From Vulcanimicrobiota bacterium (GTDB taxonomy: Bacteria > Vulcanimicrobiota > Vulcanimicrobiia > Vulcanimicrobiales > Vulcanimicrobiaceae), in the NCBI GenBank assembly GCA_963812155.1, contig CAWETW010000001.1, positions 512,001-576,000 of the forward strand: 64,000 bases of DNA, in the 5' to 3' direction. Positions 10,167 through 20,680 of the stretch are shown one piece after another. Positions within the stretch are counted from its first letter, which is position 1. The number at the start of each line of letters is the position of its first letter. The notes below the pieces were generated by a model. That model was not told the origin of the DNA and did no database searches. It saw nothing but the letters and a program-made list of their open reading frames with translations. The position numbers and the translations under genes are program-made.

Positions 10167-11242
10167 GGCGTGCTCGACGGTCGGGGCGAAGCGGGTTTAT
10201 TGCCGTACACCACCGGTGGTTCGGTGCCCAGCCGCGTTTCGCCGACCAGCACGTCGTTGACGTACATGTCGACCAGCGACGTCCCGATCGCGGTAACGGT
10301 GAAGTCGAGTTTCTGACCGGGCTCGGCAAACGCGTGATAGAGATCGTATTTGCCGGTCGCGTCGGTCACCGTGAGCCGCACGTCGAGCTGCTGCTGTTGT
10401 TCGGTTTGCTGTTCGCCTTGCTGCGCCTGGTCGGGAACCGGTACCGAAACGAGCACGCGCACTTGACGAATGATGTAACCCGATTCGTACGGACCGGCAC
10501 TCACCTGCAGCGAAACCGGCTCGAAGGATGCGATCTTCGCTTTAGCCGCCGGGATTTGGCGCACGACCGCGCCGTGCGGCGGACCGTTCGGGCCCAGCGG
10601 CGTCCAGACAATCTGCCCGAGTTTGACGCCGCTTTTTGCGGCCAGGGCACGAGCATCGTCGACGAGCATGCCGGTAAAGTTCGGCACCTGCAGCGCCGAA
10701 AGCCCGCCGCGGCTCACGACCAGCGTAACGGTGTCGTCGCCGCCGACGTTCGCCAGCGGCGCGGGGTCCTGCGAGATGACGTGGCCCTCGGGAACGATGT
10801 CGCTTTTTGCGTAGGTCACTTTGCCGAGCTTCATTCGGACCCGCGAGAGGTCGAGCTCCACTTCGCGCATCGACTGATACCGTAAGTCGGGCATCAAGCG
10901 CGCGATGATGCCGTCGCTGATGACGAACGAAATCTGACGCCCTTCGCGGGCCTGCGCGCCGGCGTCGGGGCGCTGCGAGATGATGACGTTCTTCGGATAG
11001 CGATCGCTGGTGGTGTGATCGACGACCGCCGGCGTGAGTTTGAGGCGAGCGGCTTCCGCATTGGCGTCGGTGAGCGTTTGCCCGACGAACGACGGCACCG
11101 TAATCGTGTCGGACGGCGGCAGCAAGAAGTCGTGAATTTGGTGGCCGAACCACACGACGACGGCGACGAACACCGCGAGAACGATCGGGAAGACCCAATC
11201 GCGCGGCAGATACTCCGCGAGCGACCCGCGCGTCAGTCTCAG
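10163..11242 (-). CDS. Membrane-anchored PASTA-repeat protein (no kinase domain)
   Basis: One TM helix then three PASTA repeats (VPSFVG, MPDLRY, VPNFTG); in-frame CTG at 11242 overlaps the yebC stop. Confidence 0.85.
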   Translation of the reverse strand: MRLTRGSLAEYLPRDWVFPIVLAVFVAVVVWFGHQIHDFLLPPSDTITVPSFVGQTLTDANAEAARLKLTPAVVDHTTSDRYPKNVIISQRPDAGAQAREGRQISFVISDGIIARLMPDLRYQSMREVELDLSRVRMKLGKVTYAKSDIVPEGHVISQDPAPLANVGGDDTVTLVVSRGGLSALQVPNFTGMLVDDARALAAKSGVKLGQIVWTPLGPNGPPHGAVVRQIPAAKAKIASFEPVSLQVSAGPYESGYIIRQVRVLVSVPVPDQAQQGEQQTEQQQQLDVRLTVTDATGKYDLYHAFAEPGQKLDFTVTAIGTSLVDMYVNDVLVGETRLGTEPPVVYGNKPASPRPSSTP

Positions 11243-11985
11243 GCCAAGGCCTCCAGCGAAACGTCGCTCACATCCAGGTTGTTGAACACGCGTTGCACGT
11301 CCTCGTGCTCGTCCAGCGCCTCCAGAAGACGCAGCGCCGCGGAAAGCTCGTCGCCCTGCAACGCGATTTTCGTCTTCGCGCGCATGCCGAGATACGCGTC
11401 TTCGATCTTCATGCCGCGTTCGCGCAATGCGTCGCGGGCGCTTGCGAGCTTCGCCGGGCTGGTGTAGACGACCGCGAATTCGGGATCGTATTCGACATCG
11501 ACGACGCCCTCGACGAGCGCGTCTTCGGTAAATGCATCTTCGGATTTGCCGGCGGGATCGGTTTCCACCATACCGACCGCATCGAACATCCAGCCGACGC
11601 CGCCGGTCTCGCCGAGCGATCCGTCGTGCTTCACGAAAAGAAAGCGCAGTTCGCCGGCCGTGCGGTTGCGGTTGTCGGTAGCGGCGTCCACCACGACGGC
11701 GAGCCCGTGCGGACCGTGCCCTTCGTAACGAATCTCTTCGATTTCGCGCTCGCCGCTCTGCCCGGCGCCGCGCGCGATCGCCCGCTTGATGTTATCTTGC
11801 GGCATGTTGAATACGCGGGCTTTTTCGACCGCCATCTTCAGCCGGTAGTTGGCCTCGGGATCGGGCGAACCGCCTTTGGCCGCGAGGATGATCTCTTTGC
11901 TCAACTTGGTGAAGAGGGCGCCGCGCTGCGCGTCGACTTTGCCCTTCTTGAGCTTGATATTATGCCACTTCGAATGTCCAGACAT
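11239..11985 (-). CDS. yebC: YebC/PmpR family protein
   Basis: MSGHSKWHNIK, YEGHGP, TDNRNRT, DVQRVFNN. Confidence 0.95.
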   Translation of the reverse strand: MSGHSKWHNIKLKKGKVDAQRGALFTKLSKEIILAAKGGSPDPEANYRLKMAVEKARVFNMPQDNIKRAIARGAGQSGEREIEEIRYEGHGPHGLAVVVDAATDNRNRTAGELRFLFVKHDGSLGETGGVGWMFDAVGMVETDPAGKSEDAFTEDALVEGVVDVEYDPEFAVVYTSPAKLASARDALRERGMKIEDAYLGMRAKTKIALQGDELSAALRLLEALDEHEDVQRVFNNLDVSDVSLEALA

Positions 11986-12083
11986 CGATTTATCTCAACT
12001 CGTCGTCAGCTCGGCCCTCATTTACCATAGTAAACCTCGGCCCTCGCTTCCTGGATTTGAAATAAATCAAGAGATTCGCTATA

Positions 12084-15000
12084 TTATCCCGGACCGATGA
12101 CCCACTTGTCGATCCACATCCGGTGGTGCCAGGCATCCCACGAGATCGGATAGGACGCGAGAATCGGATAGAAATAGACGAACGTGCCGACCGCCAGTGC
12201 GACGTAGGCGCCGACCGCCAAGCCTCCCAACAGCGTGGCCCGCGGCTCCATCTGACGCTTACCCCATTGCCAGACTCGCTGCAGCACGATCGCGTTGCAA
12301 AGGCAAATTAACGGAATGTCCACGTAAAAGTGGTACGCGAACGTAATGCGTGGCGAGCGCATCCACGGCAGCCACTGCAGCAAATACGTCAGCACGATCA
12401 GCGCGTAGCCCTTGTTGCGCTCGCGCCACGCCAGCAGCGCGACCCACGGAACGCAGAGCAGCCCGAACCATAGAATCGCCGGATTCGGCATCGACGTGAT
12501 TTCGTAGACGCAGCAGCCCTTCGGGTCGCTTTGGTCTTTACGGCGATCTTGATAGTAGTACGCGACCGGCACGTAATCGAGCGGCCATTCCCACCACTGC
12601 GAGGAGTACGGATGCGTCGCTTTGAGCGTGTCGTGATACTCGAACATCGAGTATTGGCGATAGACGACGTCGTTGAGATTGTGGACCTCGTTCGGGTCGT
12701 TCGAGTGACGCGCGAGGTCGGGCATCCACGCCAACGCGTAGACCGTCATGCTGACGAACAGAATCGTCACGAGCGCGCCGTCGAGGCGAAATCCGCGCGC
12801 ATTGCCCCACAGCGCCGGCCGTTTCTGCAGCACGAGACGCTGCAAGAAGACGACGATCAGCACGATGAAGCTGACGCCGAACCCCATGACGCCGTACCAC
12901 TTGCTGCTGACCAGACATCCGAGCGCGACGGTAAAGACGATCAACCACAACTTCGACGACCGGCCTTCGGCGCGGCCGCCGTTCGCGCGGACCGTCTCGC
13001 CGTCGTAGACCGCGTCGCCCGCCGGCGTGCGATAGGTGACCGTCGCATCGCGTCCGTATTCGATGGTTAGCGGATCGTCGTCATAGACCAGTTTCCCGCT
13101 GCGATTTTGCGAATGCGCACCGCGCACGACCTTGCCGCGAGCGTCGATCGTTCCGCCGTCGGCAGCGTAGACCGTCGTGTCGCCGCCGGCGCGCAGTGCG
13201 TACGAGCCTTCGCCGAAGCTCAACTCCCGCGCGCCGTCGCCGAAAAAGCGCGGCAGCAGCGTGTAGCGCACGATGAGGTAGGCCCCGGCCGCCAGGTACA
13301 GCGTAGCGATCGTCGTCGTCGCCGTGTCGAACGTCCAAATGGCGCGCAGCGCAAACGCGACGATCGCGCCGGCGACCAGCGCCGCCGCGGCGGCCGCCGC
13401 GAACCCCCATTCCGGAACTTCCACGTGGGCACGGTCGCCCGTTTGCGAACTGATCCAGAACCGGTAGAACGCGTAGGTGGCCAGCGTTGCAAAGAAAATG
13501 ACGAAGCCTTCGGGCGTCGCGATGCGCGACTGGACGAAGTGCATGCCGTCGGCCGTCAGCAGCAGCGCCGTAACGCACGCGAAGAACGTCGAACCCGTGA
13601 TCCGTTTGGCGAAGACGTAGAGCAGCATCACGACAAGCGCGCCGAAGACGACGTCGAGGAAACGCCAGCCGTACGAGTTGTCCCCGTTGGTTGCGTGGCC
13701 GATGATGCCGTTGAGCAACGTCCAGCCGCCCAGGCCGTGACCGTGCGGCATGCCGCCGAAGAGCATCATCGAAAGCGTGACCAGCAGCTTGGTCAGCGGC
13801 GGATGCGTGTTTTCGTAGATGCGGAGATTCTGCAGATACTCTTCACCGGCGCGCGCGAAGTAAATTTCATCGAAGACTTTGTCCGGCGGATACCAGTAGC
13901 CGACGAACGATAAGATGAAATTGAAGACGCCGAAGGCAGCGGCAAGCACGTAGTCGAGCGGCGCGCGCATCGCGACGAGACCCTCGCGCGGATCGAACCA
14001 GTGCCGCACCCCGGCAGCCGTAGCCATCGCGCTCTGCGCCGGCGCTTCGCCTTCGGGGGGCGCATCGGAGACGACTTCGGCCGGTGCCGTCTCGCCCCCG
14101 AGAAACTGATAGCCCAGCCAGAAGAACATCGCGACCGCGATCAGCGCGAAGACCGGCGTACCCGCACCCCAGAGATTTTGCGCGTTGACGCCCTGGACGT
14201 TGTTTTGGACGACGTGCAAATACTGCAACGAGTATTCGAGGTTTGCAAAGAGCACGACCGTCAATGCGACCGCACTCCAGAGGTAGCGCCGCGCGAACGG
14301 GATGCAGACGATCGTAAACAGCAGCCCGTTAAAGAGATAGCGTTCGTGCATGCGCGTTGCCAGCACGAAGAACGCGATCGTTACGACCGCACATCCCTCG
14401 AGCAGCGCGCGCGGCGTACGCTCCTGCAGATAGCGCCACAGCACTAGCGCGACCGCGACGGTCACCAGGGCGATGCCCCAGAGATACTGCGGCCCGAGCG
14501 AGAGTGAACCAAAGAGATTCACCGGCGTCGTATCGGGCTGCCACATGGATCCGCGAATCGCCCAAAGGTTGAACGCGTTGACGCTGTTGTAGGCGTAGAC
14601 GCTCGAACCGTAACTGTAGCGCTCGATCAACCAGGAAAATGCCGCAATCGGATTGCTGGCGTGGAACGGTTCGACGAGGACGACGGCCAGTACGAGCGCT
14701 GCGACGATGCCGGCGGCGGTCGACGTCAAGCGAACGCGCCGCCGCTCCCGATCGACGAATGCGAACGCCAGCATCAGCGGCAGCACGACCGCCGCTTGCG
14801 GTTTGATCAGCAGCGAATAGCCGACGAGCAGCCACGCGCCGACGATCCACCCGCTGATGCGCGTGGCGGCCACATCGTCGGAGCGCAACAGACAATAGAT
14901 CGCACCGAGGGCGAGGCCGGCGGCGATCGAATCCACTTGGCCCCACGCCGCCGAGTTATAAACGATCGCGGGATTGAGTAAGTAGAACGCGGCCGCGCCC

Positions 15001-15388
15001 AGCGCGAGGCGCTCGTTGGCAAAACGGCGGACGATGCCGAACACGAGCACGCCGATGCCGAGATCGGCGAGAATCGCGGGCAGCTTGACCAAGACCTTCA
15101 GAACGGTATAGTTGCCGTTGAAGAGCGCGTGCCACAGCCAGCCGACGAAGCCGAGGATGTAGAGATAGCCGGGCGGATAGTCGGCGAATCCGCCGCTTCC
15201 GTAGAAGTTTGCGAACCCGTGTGCCGCCAGCATGCCGCCCACGCTTCGAACGTGTCGACGTCGGTTTTGAAGCCTTCGTTACCGATGAAGAGCAGGCGTA
15301 TGATGAAGCCCGCAACCACCAGCCCGGGCAACGCCCACGACCGAATCGATTCGGGCGATCGCATCCGCACCGGCGTGCCGGCGCTCAT
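12084..15388 (-). CDS. Lipid-carrier-dependent glycosyltransferase with two fused GT-C modules (frameshift ~15240)
   Basis: N-half DYPP/WGQVDS/IKPQ/MHERY; C-half PMT-like FDE-YF, HPPL-K, GWRF, SRIA, HPYSSQWWEWP; N-terminus MSAGTP... lies in another frame from 15388. Confidence 0.85.
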
Positions 15389-16370
15389 GCGGGCCGCGCC
15401 TCGCGGACGCGTTCCGTCAGATCGAGCGTGCGCAGCAAAAAGTCGCGGAACTCGGCGTTGGGATGGCGTTCGATCACGGCCACATGTTCTGCGGCGGCGG
15501 CGCGCGCGGCCCCTCTCGCACCGAGTTCGTCGAGCGCCGCGACGACGCGTTGCACTTCTGCCGGCTGGAGCGGCCGCGCTTGCGCGTATGCATCGGCGAC
15601 GGCATCGCGTGCCGGCGAACGAGGCTGTGCGATCGCCCACACGACCGGAAACGTCCACTTGCGCCGCGCGACGTCGCTGCCGGTCGTTTTGCCGGTTTCG
15701 TCGACCGACGACCAAATGCCCGACACGTCGTCGCGTATTTGAAAGGCCATGCCGTACGCGCGTCCGACGTCGCCATATCCGGCAATTACCGCTTCGTCGC
15801 ACTCCGCCGAGTGCGCGCCCAAGCGGCACGATGCGTCGAAGAGCTGAGCCGTCTTGCAGGCGATCATGCGATGGTAGGCGTCGAGCGTGACGAGCATCTC
15901 GCTTTCGAAGCGCAGATCGAGCGACTGCCCTTCGCACATCACTGCGTGCGCTTCGTGCATCAGCGCGATCATCTGCAGCACGCGGTGCGGATCGAGATGC
16001 TCGGCCGCGCGTTCGAGGCTCAAGAAACTCAGCGCGCACATCGCGTCGCCCGCGTTGATCGCCTGACCGATACCGTAGGTGCTCCACAGCGTCGGACGGC
16101 CGTGACGCAGTTCGTCGCGGTCCTCGATGTCGTCGTGCACGAGCGAGTAGTTGTGAAAGATCTCGACGGCTACGGCGGCGTCGACTGCGTTCTGCGGCGG
16201 CGCGCCTTCGCCGGCCGCAACGCGCATGACCATTTGCGGCCGTAGCCGCTTGCCGCGCCGCGCCCGGCCGTACGGTCCGTATCCGAAGTGGCACAAAAGC
16301 ATATCGGAGATCTGCCTAGATCCCCGATAGCTAACGAGCCGTTCCTCGAGGGCGTCTTCGAACGCCTCAA
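15385..16370 (-). CDS. Polyprenyl diphosphate synthase (start uncertain)
   Basis: GKRLRP, LVHDDIED-RHG, GQSLD, KT, FQIRDD. Confidence 0.92.
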
Positions 16371-17209
16371 GCAGGTTGACGGCTCAGCTCCTCCATGCGC
16401 GCCTCCACCTCATCGACCAGCCAGCCGGGTGTCGACGCGCCCGACATCAAGCCGGCGACGCTGATGCCGTCGAACCATTCCGGGCGGAGTTCCTGCGCAT
16501 TCTCGATGTGGTAGGCGCGCGCGCCGTGCGACTCGGAGAGTTCGGCCAGATGCTTGGTGTTCGCCGACGTCTTTCCGCCGACGACGACCATCACTTCGAC
16601 GTCGCGGGCGAGCCGCAGCGCTTCGTCTTGCCGGTTGTGCGTGTCGGTGCAGATCGTATTGACCGCGCGCACCTCGTAGTATTTGGCTGCCAGCGCCTGC
16701 ACGATCTCGGTAAAGCCTTCGCCCGACCACGTCGATTGCACGACGACGCCGACCTTGCTCGAGCGCGGAAGTTTCGCGACGTCGTCCACCGACTGAATGC
16801 ACCACGCGCCCGGCACGTGGCTCAGCGTCCCTTTTACTTCCGGGTGAGCGGGATCGCCGATCACGACGATCTTGTAGCCGTCGGACTTCAGCTTCTCGGC
16901 CTGCACGTGAATCTTCGTGACCATCGGACAGGTGGCGTCGATGATCTCGAGTCCCTTGCCCTTGGCTTTTTCGAAGACGTCGACCGGCAATCCGTGCGCG
17001 CGAACGAAGAGCGAGCCGGCATCGACGTCGTCGACCGATTGCGCGTTGCGCAGACCGCGCGATTGCAGCGATTCGACCATCTGCGGATTGTGGACGACGT
17101 GTCCGAGCGTCGTCACCTCGCCGCGTGAGGCGATGGCCTCTTCGGCCTTTTTGACCGTAATGGCGACGCCAAAGCAGAACCCCTGAACCGACGCCTTACG
17201 AATTTCCAC
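16367..17209 (-). CDS. ispH: 4-hydroxy-3-methylbut-2-enyl diphosphate reductase
   Basis: GFCFGV, HN, RAHG, DATCP, TIC, SANT, GASTP; GGGGAG RBS before GTG 17209. Confidence 0.96.
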   Translation of the reverse strand: MEIRKASVQGFCFGVAITVKKAEEAIASRGEVTTLGHVVHNPQMVESLQSRGLRNAQSVDDVDAGSLFVRAHGLPVDVFEKAKGKGLEIIDATCPMVTKIHVQAEKLKSDGYKIVVIGDPAHPEVKGTLSHVPGAWCIQSVDDVAKLPRSSKVGVVVQSTWSGEGFTEIVQALAAKYYEVRAVNTICTDTHNRQDEALRLARDVEVMVVVGGKTSANTKHLAELSESHGARAYHIENAQELRPEWFDGISVAGLMSGASTPGWLVDEVEARMEELSRQPA

Positions 17210-17796
17210 GTATACTCCCCGCGAGCGCCGCAATCGCGCTCATTACCTCTTCTGTAAACTTCGCCAAATCGTCGCGCGTTGCTTTCCGGTCCGCAGGAAG
17301 GGAGAGCGGCTTCCCCCATGCGACTTTCATCTTACCCAAACGCAGCGCCCGGTCGCCGCCGAGAACGCACACCGGCAGGACCGGCGCCCCCGACAGCGAT
17401 GCGAGCAGCGCGACGCCGGTTTGGGGCACCACCTCGCCCGTGAGGTTGCGCGTACCTTCGGGAAAGATACCCACGGTGCCGCCCTTCTGAAGCACGGCGA
17501 GCGACTGTTTGATGGCGGATTTCGCGCTGCCCTGGCGATCGACGGGGTAGGCGCCGACCGCGGCAATCACCGGCCCCAGCACCGGAATTTCGAACAGCTC
17601 TTTCTTTGCCATGAAGCTGATGCGACGCGGCGAGAAACACAGCGCGGGCGGGTCGAGATACGAAAGATGGTTGCACGCCATGATGAGCGGGCCCGTCGCG
17701 CGGGATGTTCTCGAGGCCGTAAGCGCGCGTGCGAAACGCGACCCGAAAGATGATGCGCAACAGACCGGAGGCGACATCGTAGACGCGCGGCTTCAT
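17196..17796 (-). CDS. plsC: 1-acyl-sn-glycerol-3-phosphate acyltransferase (frameshift ~17690)
   Basis: NHLSYLDP, FMAKKELF, FPEGTR. Confidence 0.88.
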
Positions 17797-18437
17797 CGCG
17801 CACCGTCCGTGCGCCGCACGATTGCGAGGATTGCATCTACCACGCCGTCGATCGTGATGGCGCTCGAATCGATGCGATGCGCGTCGTGCGCCGGTTCGAG
17901 CGGCGAGACGGCACGGGTGCTGTCGTTCCGGTCGCGCGTCTCGATCTCGTCGCGCAGACGCCGGACGTCGACCTCGGTTCCGGCTAGCTCGAGCTGTGCG
18001 TGCCGGCGCTCGACGCGCGCGGCGACCGATGCCGTGAGGTAAATCTTCACCGGCGCATCGGGCAGCACGACGGTTCCGATATCGCGTCCCGCCATGACGA
18101 CCGAGCGTCCTTCGGCGAGCCGCCGTTGCGCGGCGACCATCGCTTCGCGCACTTCCGGATGCGCCGCGACGGTCGAGACGACGGCAGTGACGTCCTCGGC
18201 TTGCAGCGTTTCTTCCGGGAACGTTTCGGTTATGGCGGCGCCGACCAATCGCACCAGCGCAGGGCCGTCGGCCGGATCGATGCCGCGCTGCAACGCCACG
18301 AACGCCAGCGCGCGGTACATCGCGCCGGTGTCGACGAAATCCACGTGCAGACGTTCGGCAAGCCGGTGCGCGACGGTCGTCTTTCCCGAGGCGGCCGGCC
18401 CGTCGATTGCGATGTGCAAGGGTCGATCCAACGCCAC
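17793..18437 (-). CDS. cmk: Cytidylate kinase
   Basis: IAIDGPAASGKTT, DTGAMYRA, GRDIGTVV, RD-DS-R. Confidence 0.93.
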   Translation of the reverse strand: MALDRPLHIAIDGPAASGKTTVAHRLAERLHVDFVDTGAMYRALAFVALQRGIDPADGPALVRLVGAAITETFPEETLQAEDVTAVVSTVAAHPEVREAMVAAQRRLAEGRSVVMAGRDIGTVVLPDAPVKIYLTASVAARVERRHAQLELAGTEVDVRRLRDEIETRDRNDSTRAVSPLEPAHDAHRIDSSAITIDGVVDAILAIVRRTDGAR

Positions 18438-18500
18438 GGCCGCGGCTTTCCGAGACGAAGCCCGGGGGTCATGCCTAGCACGGCGAACGCAGGTTGAGCC

Positions 18501-19823
18501 GTGGCGAAGTCTCGTTCCGTCTACTTTTGTTCGGCGTGCGGTTTCGAATCGACGCGCTGGCTCGGGCGTTGCCCGTCGTGCAACGCATGGAACTCGTTCG
18601 ACCAACGGCCGTTCGCGGTTGCCGGTGCGCGCAGCAGCGCTGCGCGCGCGGCGGGCGGTTCGGCCGGGGTCGAGCCGGTGCCGCTGAGCGAGATTGCAGG
18701 CGAACGGCTCGTCCGGCTCAGCGCGGAGATGCCGGAGTTCGACGCGGTGCTCGGCGGCGGCGTCGTTCCGGGGAGCGTCACGCTCGTCGGCGGACCGCCG
18801 GGCGCCGGCAAATCGACGCTGCTGCTGCAGATCGCCGCGCGCCTGGCGCGCCAGGGCGAGGTGGTGTACGTCTGCGGCGAGGAGTCGGCCGCGCAAGTTG
18901 CATTGCGCGCGCGTCGGCTCGGCATCGATTCGCCGCTCATCGTCTATCCCGAAACGAATCTGCGCGCGGTGCTCGACCGGTTACAGTCGCGCCCGCCGCT
19001 CGCGCTCGTGGTCGATTCGATTCAAACCGTCTGGCTGCCGGAGTCCGAAGCGTACGCCGGCAGCGTCACGCAGATTCGCGACTGCACGCAGGCGCTCGTC
19101 GAGTTTGCCAAACGCAGCGGCACTGCAGCGTTCATCGTCGGACACGTCACCAAAGACGGCGCGATTGCCGGGCCGCGGCTGCTCGAGCATCTGGTCGACA
19201 CGGTGCTCTACTTCGAGGGTGATGCGAACGGCGAGTACCGCATTTTACGCGCGTACAAGAATCGGTTCGGATCGATCGACGAGATCTGCGTCTTTGCGAT
19301 GCACGACGACGGTTTGCGCGAGGTCGCCGACCCGTCGCAGCTCTTCATGGGCGCCCGCGCCGCGCGGCCGAGCGGTTCGTGCGTCGTCGCATCGATCGTC
19401 GGCTCGCGCCCGGTGCTCGTCGAAGTGCAGGCGCTCGTCGGGGAAACGAGTTACGGCACGCCGCGCCGCCTCGCCAACAACGTCGATCAGCAGCGTTTGG
19501 CGATGATCCTCGCCGTGCTCGAACGGCGCGCCGGCATGCATCTCGGCGCGCACGACGTGTACGCCTCGGTGGCCGGCGGCTTGCGCGTCGGCGAACCGGC
19601 GGCCGATTTCGGCATCGCGCTCGCGATCGCATCGTCATTTCGCAACGTCGCGCTGTCGCCGAATCTCGTCGCGTTCGGCGAACTCGGTCTCTCCGGCGAA
19701 GTGCGTGCGGTCAATGCGTCCGATCGCCGGCGCGCAGAGGCGCGCAAACTCGGTTTCACCGAGATCATCGCGCCGGGCGAGGTCGCCGACGTGGCTCAGG
19801 CGATTCGCAGAGCCCTCGGATAG
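18501..19823 (+). CDS. radA: DNA repair protein RadA/Sms
   Basis: C4 zinc finger, GPPGAGKST, KNRFG motif, Lon-like C-terminus. Confidence 0.97.
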   Translation: MAKSRSVYFCSACGFESTRWLGRCPSCNAWNSFDQRPFAVAGARSSAARAAGGSAGVEPVPLSEIAGERLVRLSAEMPEFDAVLGGGVVPGSVTLVGGPPGAGKSTLLLQIAARLARQGEVVYVCGEESAAQVALRARRLGIDSPLIVYPETNLRAVLDRLQSRPPLALVVDSIQTVWLPESEAYAGSVTQIRDCTQALVEFAKRSGTAAFIVGHVTKDGAIAGPRLLEHLVDTVLYFEGDANGEYRILRAYKNRFGSIDEICVFAMHDDGLREVADPSQLFMGARAARPSGSCVVASIVGSRPVLVEVQALVGETSYGTPRRLANNVDQQRLAMILAVLERRAGMHLGAHDVYASVAGGLRVGEPAADFGIALAIASSFRNVALSPNLVAFGELGLSGEVRAVNASDRRRAEARKLGFTEIIAPGEVADVAQAIRRALG

Positions 19824-20680
19824 CGTCGAAGCCGTTGTTTGAAATTGTTCCGAACCTCTCCGAAGGCCGGGATCCCGCTTTCCTCGAGGCCGCGGCCGCA
19901 GTCATCGCGCCGAGCGGGGCGACGCTCGTCGACCGAAGCCTCGACGCCGCCCACCATCGCAGCGTCTTCACGATCGTGGGCAGCGGGGATCAAGTGGTCG
20001 CGGCCGGCGTCGCCTTGGCCGGGGTAGCGGCCGAGCGGATCGACCTGCGCGTTCACCGCGGCGTGCATCCGCGCATCGGCGCGCTCGACGTCTTGCCGTT
20101 CGTTCCGCTGGCCGGCAGCACCCTAGACGAAGCGGCGGCGTTGGCGCACCGGGCCGGCGCAGAGATCTGGCAGCGGTATCGGATTCCCTCGTTCTATTAC
20201 GGCGCGGCGGCGCGCCACGAGCACCGGCGCGACCTGCCGGCGGTCCGGCGAGGCGAGTTCGAAGGGCTCGAGGAGCGTTTCGCGGACCCGCTGTGGGCGC
20301 CCGACGTAGGTGACGTCGCACGGCACGAGAGCGCCGGAGCGATTGCCATCGGCGCGCGCGACCTGTTGATCGCCTTCAACGTCGAACTGGCGACCGGCGA
20401 CATCGGCGCCGCTCGCGAGATCGCACGCGCGGTGCGCGAACGCGACGGCGGCCTGCGCACCCTCCGCGCGCTGGCCTTCCGGCTCGACGACGAACGCGTC
20501 CAGATTTCCGTTAACGTCACGGACGAGGCGGCGACGCCGCTCTACCGGGTGTTCGAGCTCGTCGGTTTCCTCGCGGCGCAACGCGGCATCGAGGCGACCG
20601 GCGGCGAACTCGTCGGCTGCATTTCACGGGCTGCGGTCGAGGCGACGGCAGCCTATTACTTGGGAGTTACCGCGCTGTGA
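19820..20680 (+). CDS. ftcd: Glutamate formimidoyltransferase
   Basis: VPNLSEGRD, HHRSV, HRGVHPRIGALDV-PFVP, GAR-LIAFN; start is ATA 19820 or TTG 19835. Confidence 0.9.
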   Translation: MASKPLFEIVPNLSEGRDPAFLEAAAAVIAPSGATLVDRSLDAAHHRSVFTIVGSGDQVVAAGVALAGVAAERIDLRVHRGVHPRIGALDVLPFVPLAGSTLDEAAALAHRAGAEIWQRYRIPSFYYGAAARHEHRRDLPAVRRGEFEGLEERFADPLWAPDVGDVARHESAGAIAIGARDLLIAFNVELATGDIGAAREIARAVRERDGGLRTLRALAFRLDDERVQISVNVTDEAATPLYRVFELVGFLAAQRGIEATGGELVGCISRAAVEATAAYYLGVTAL

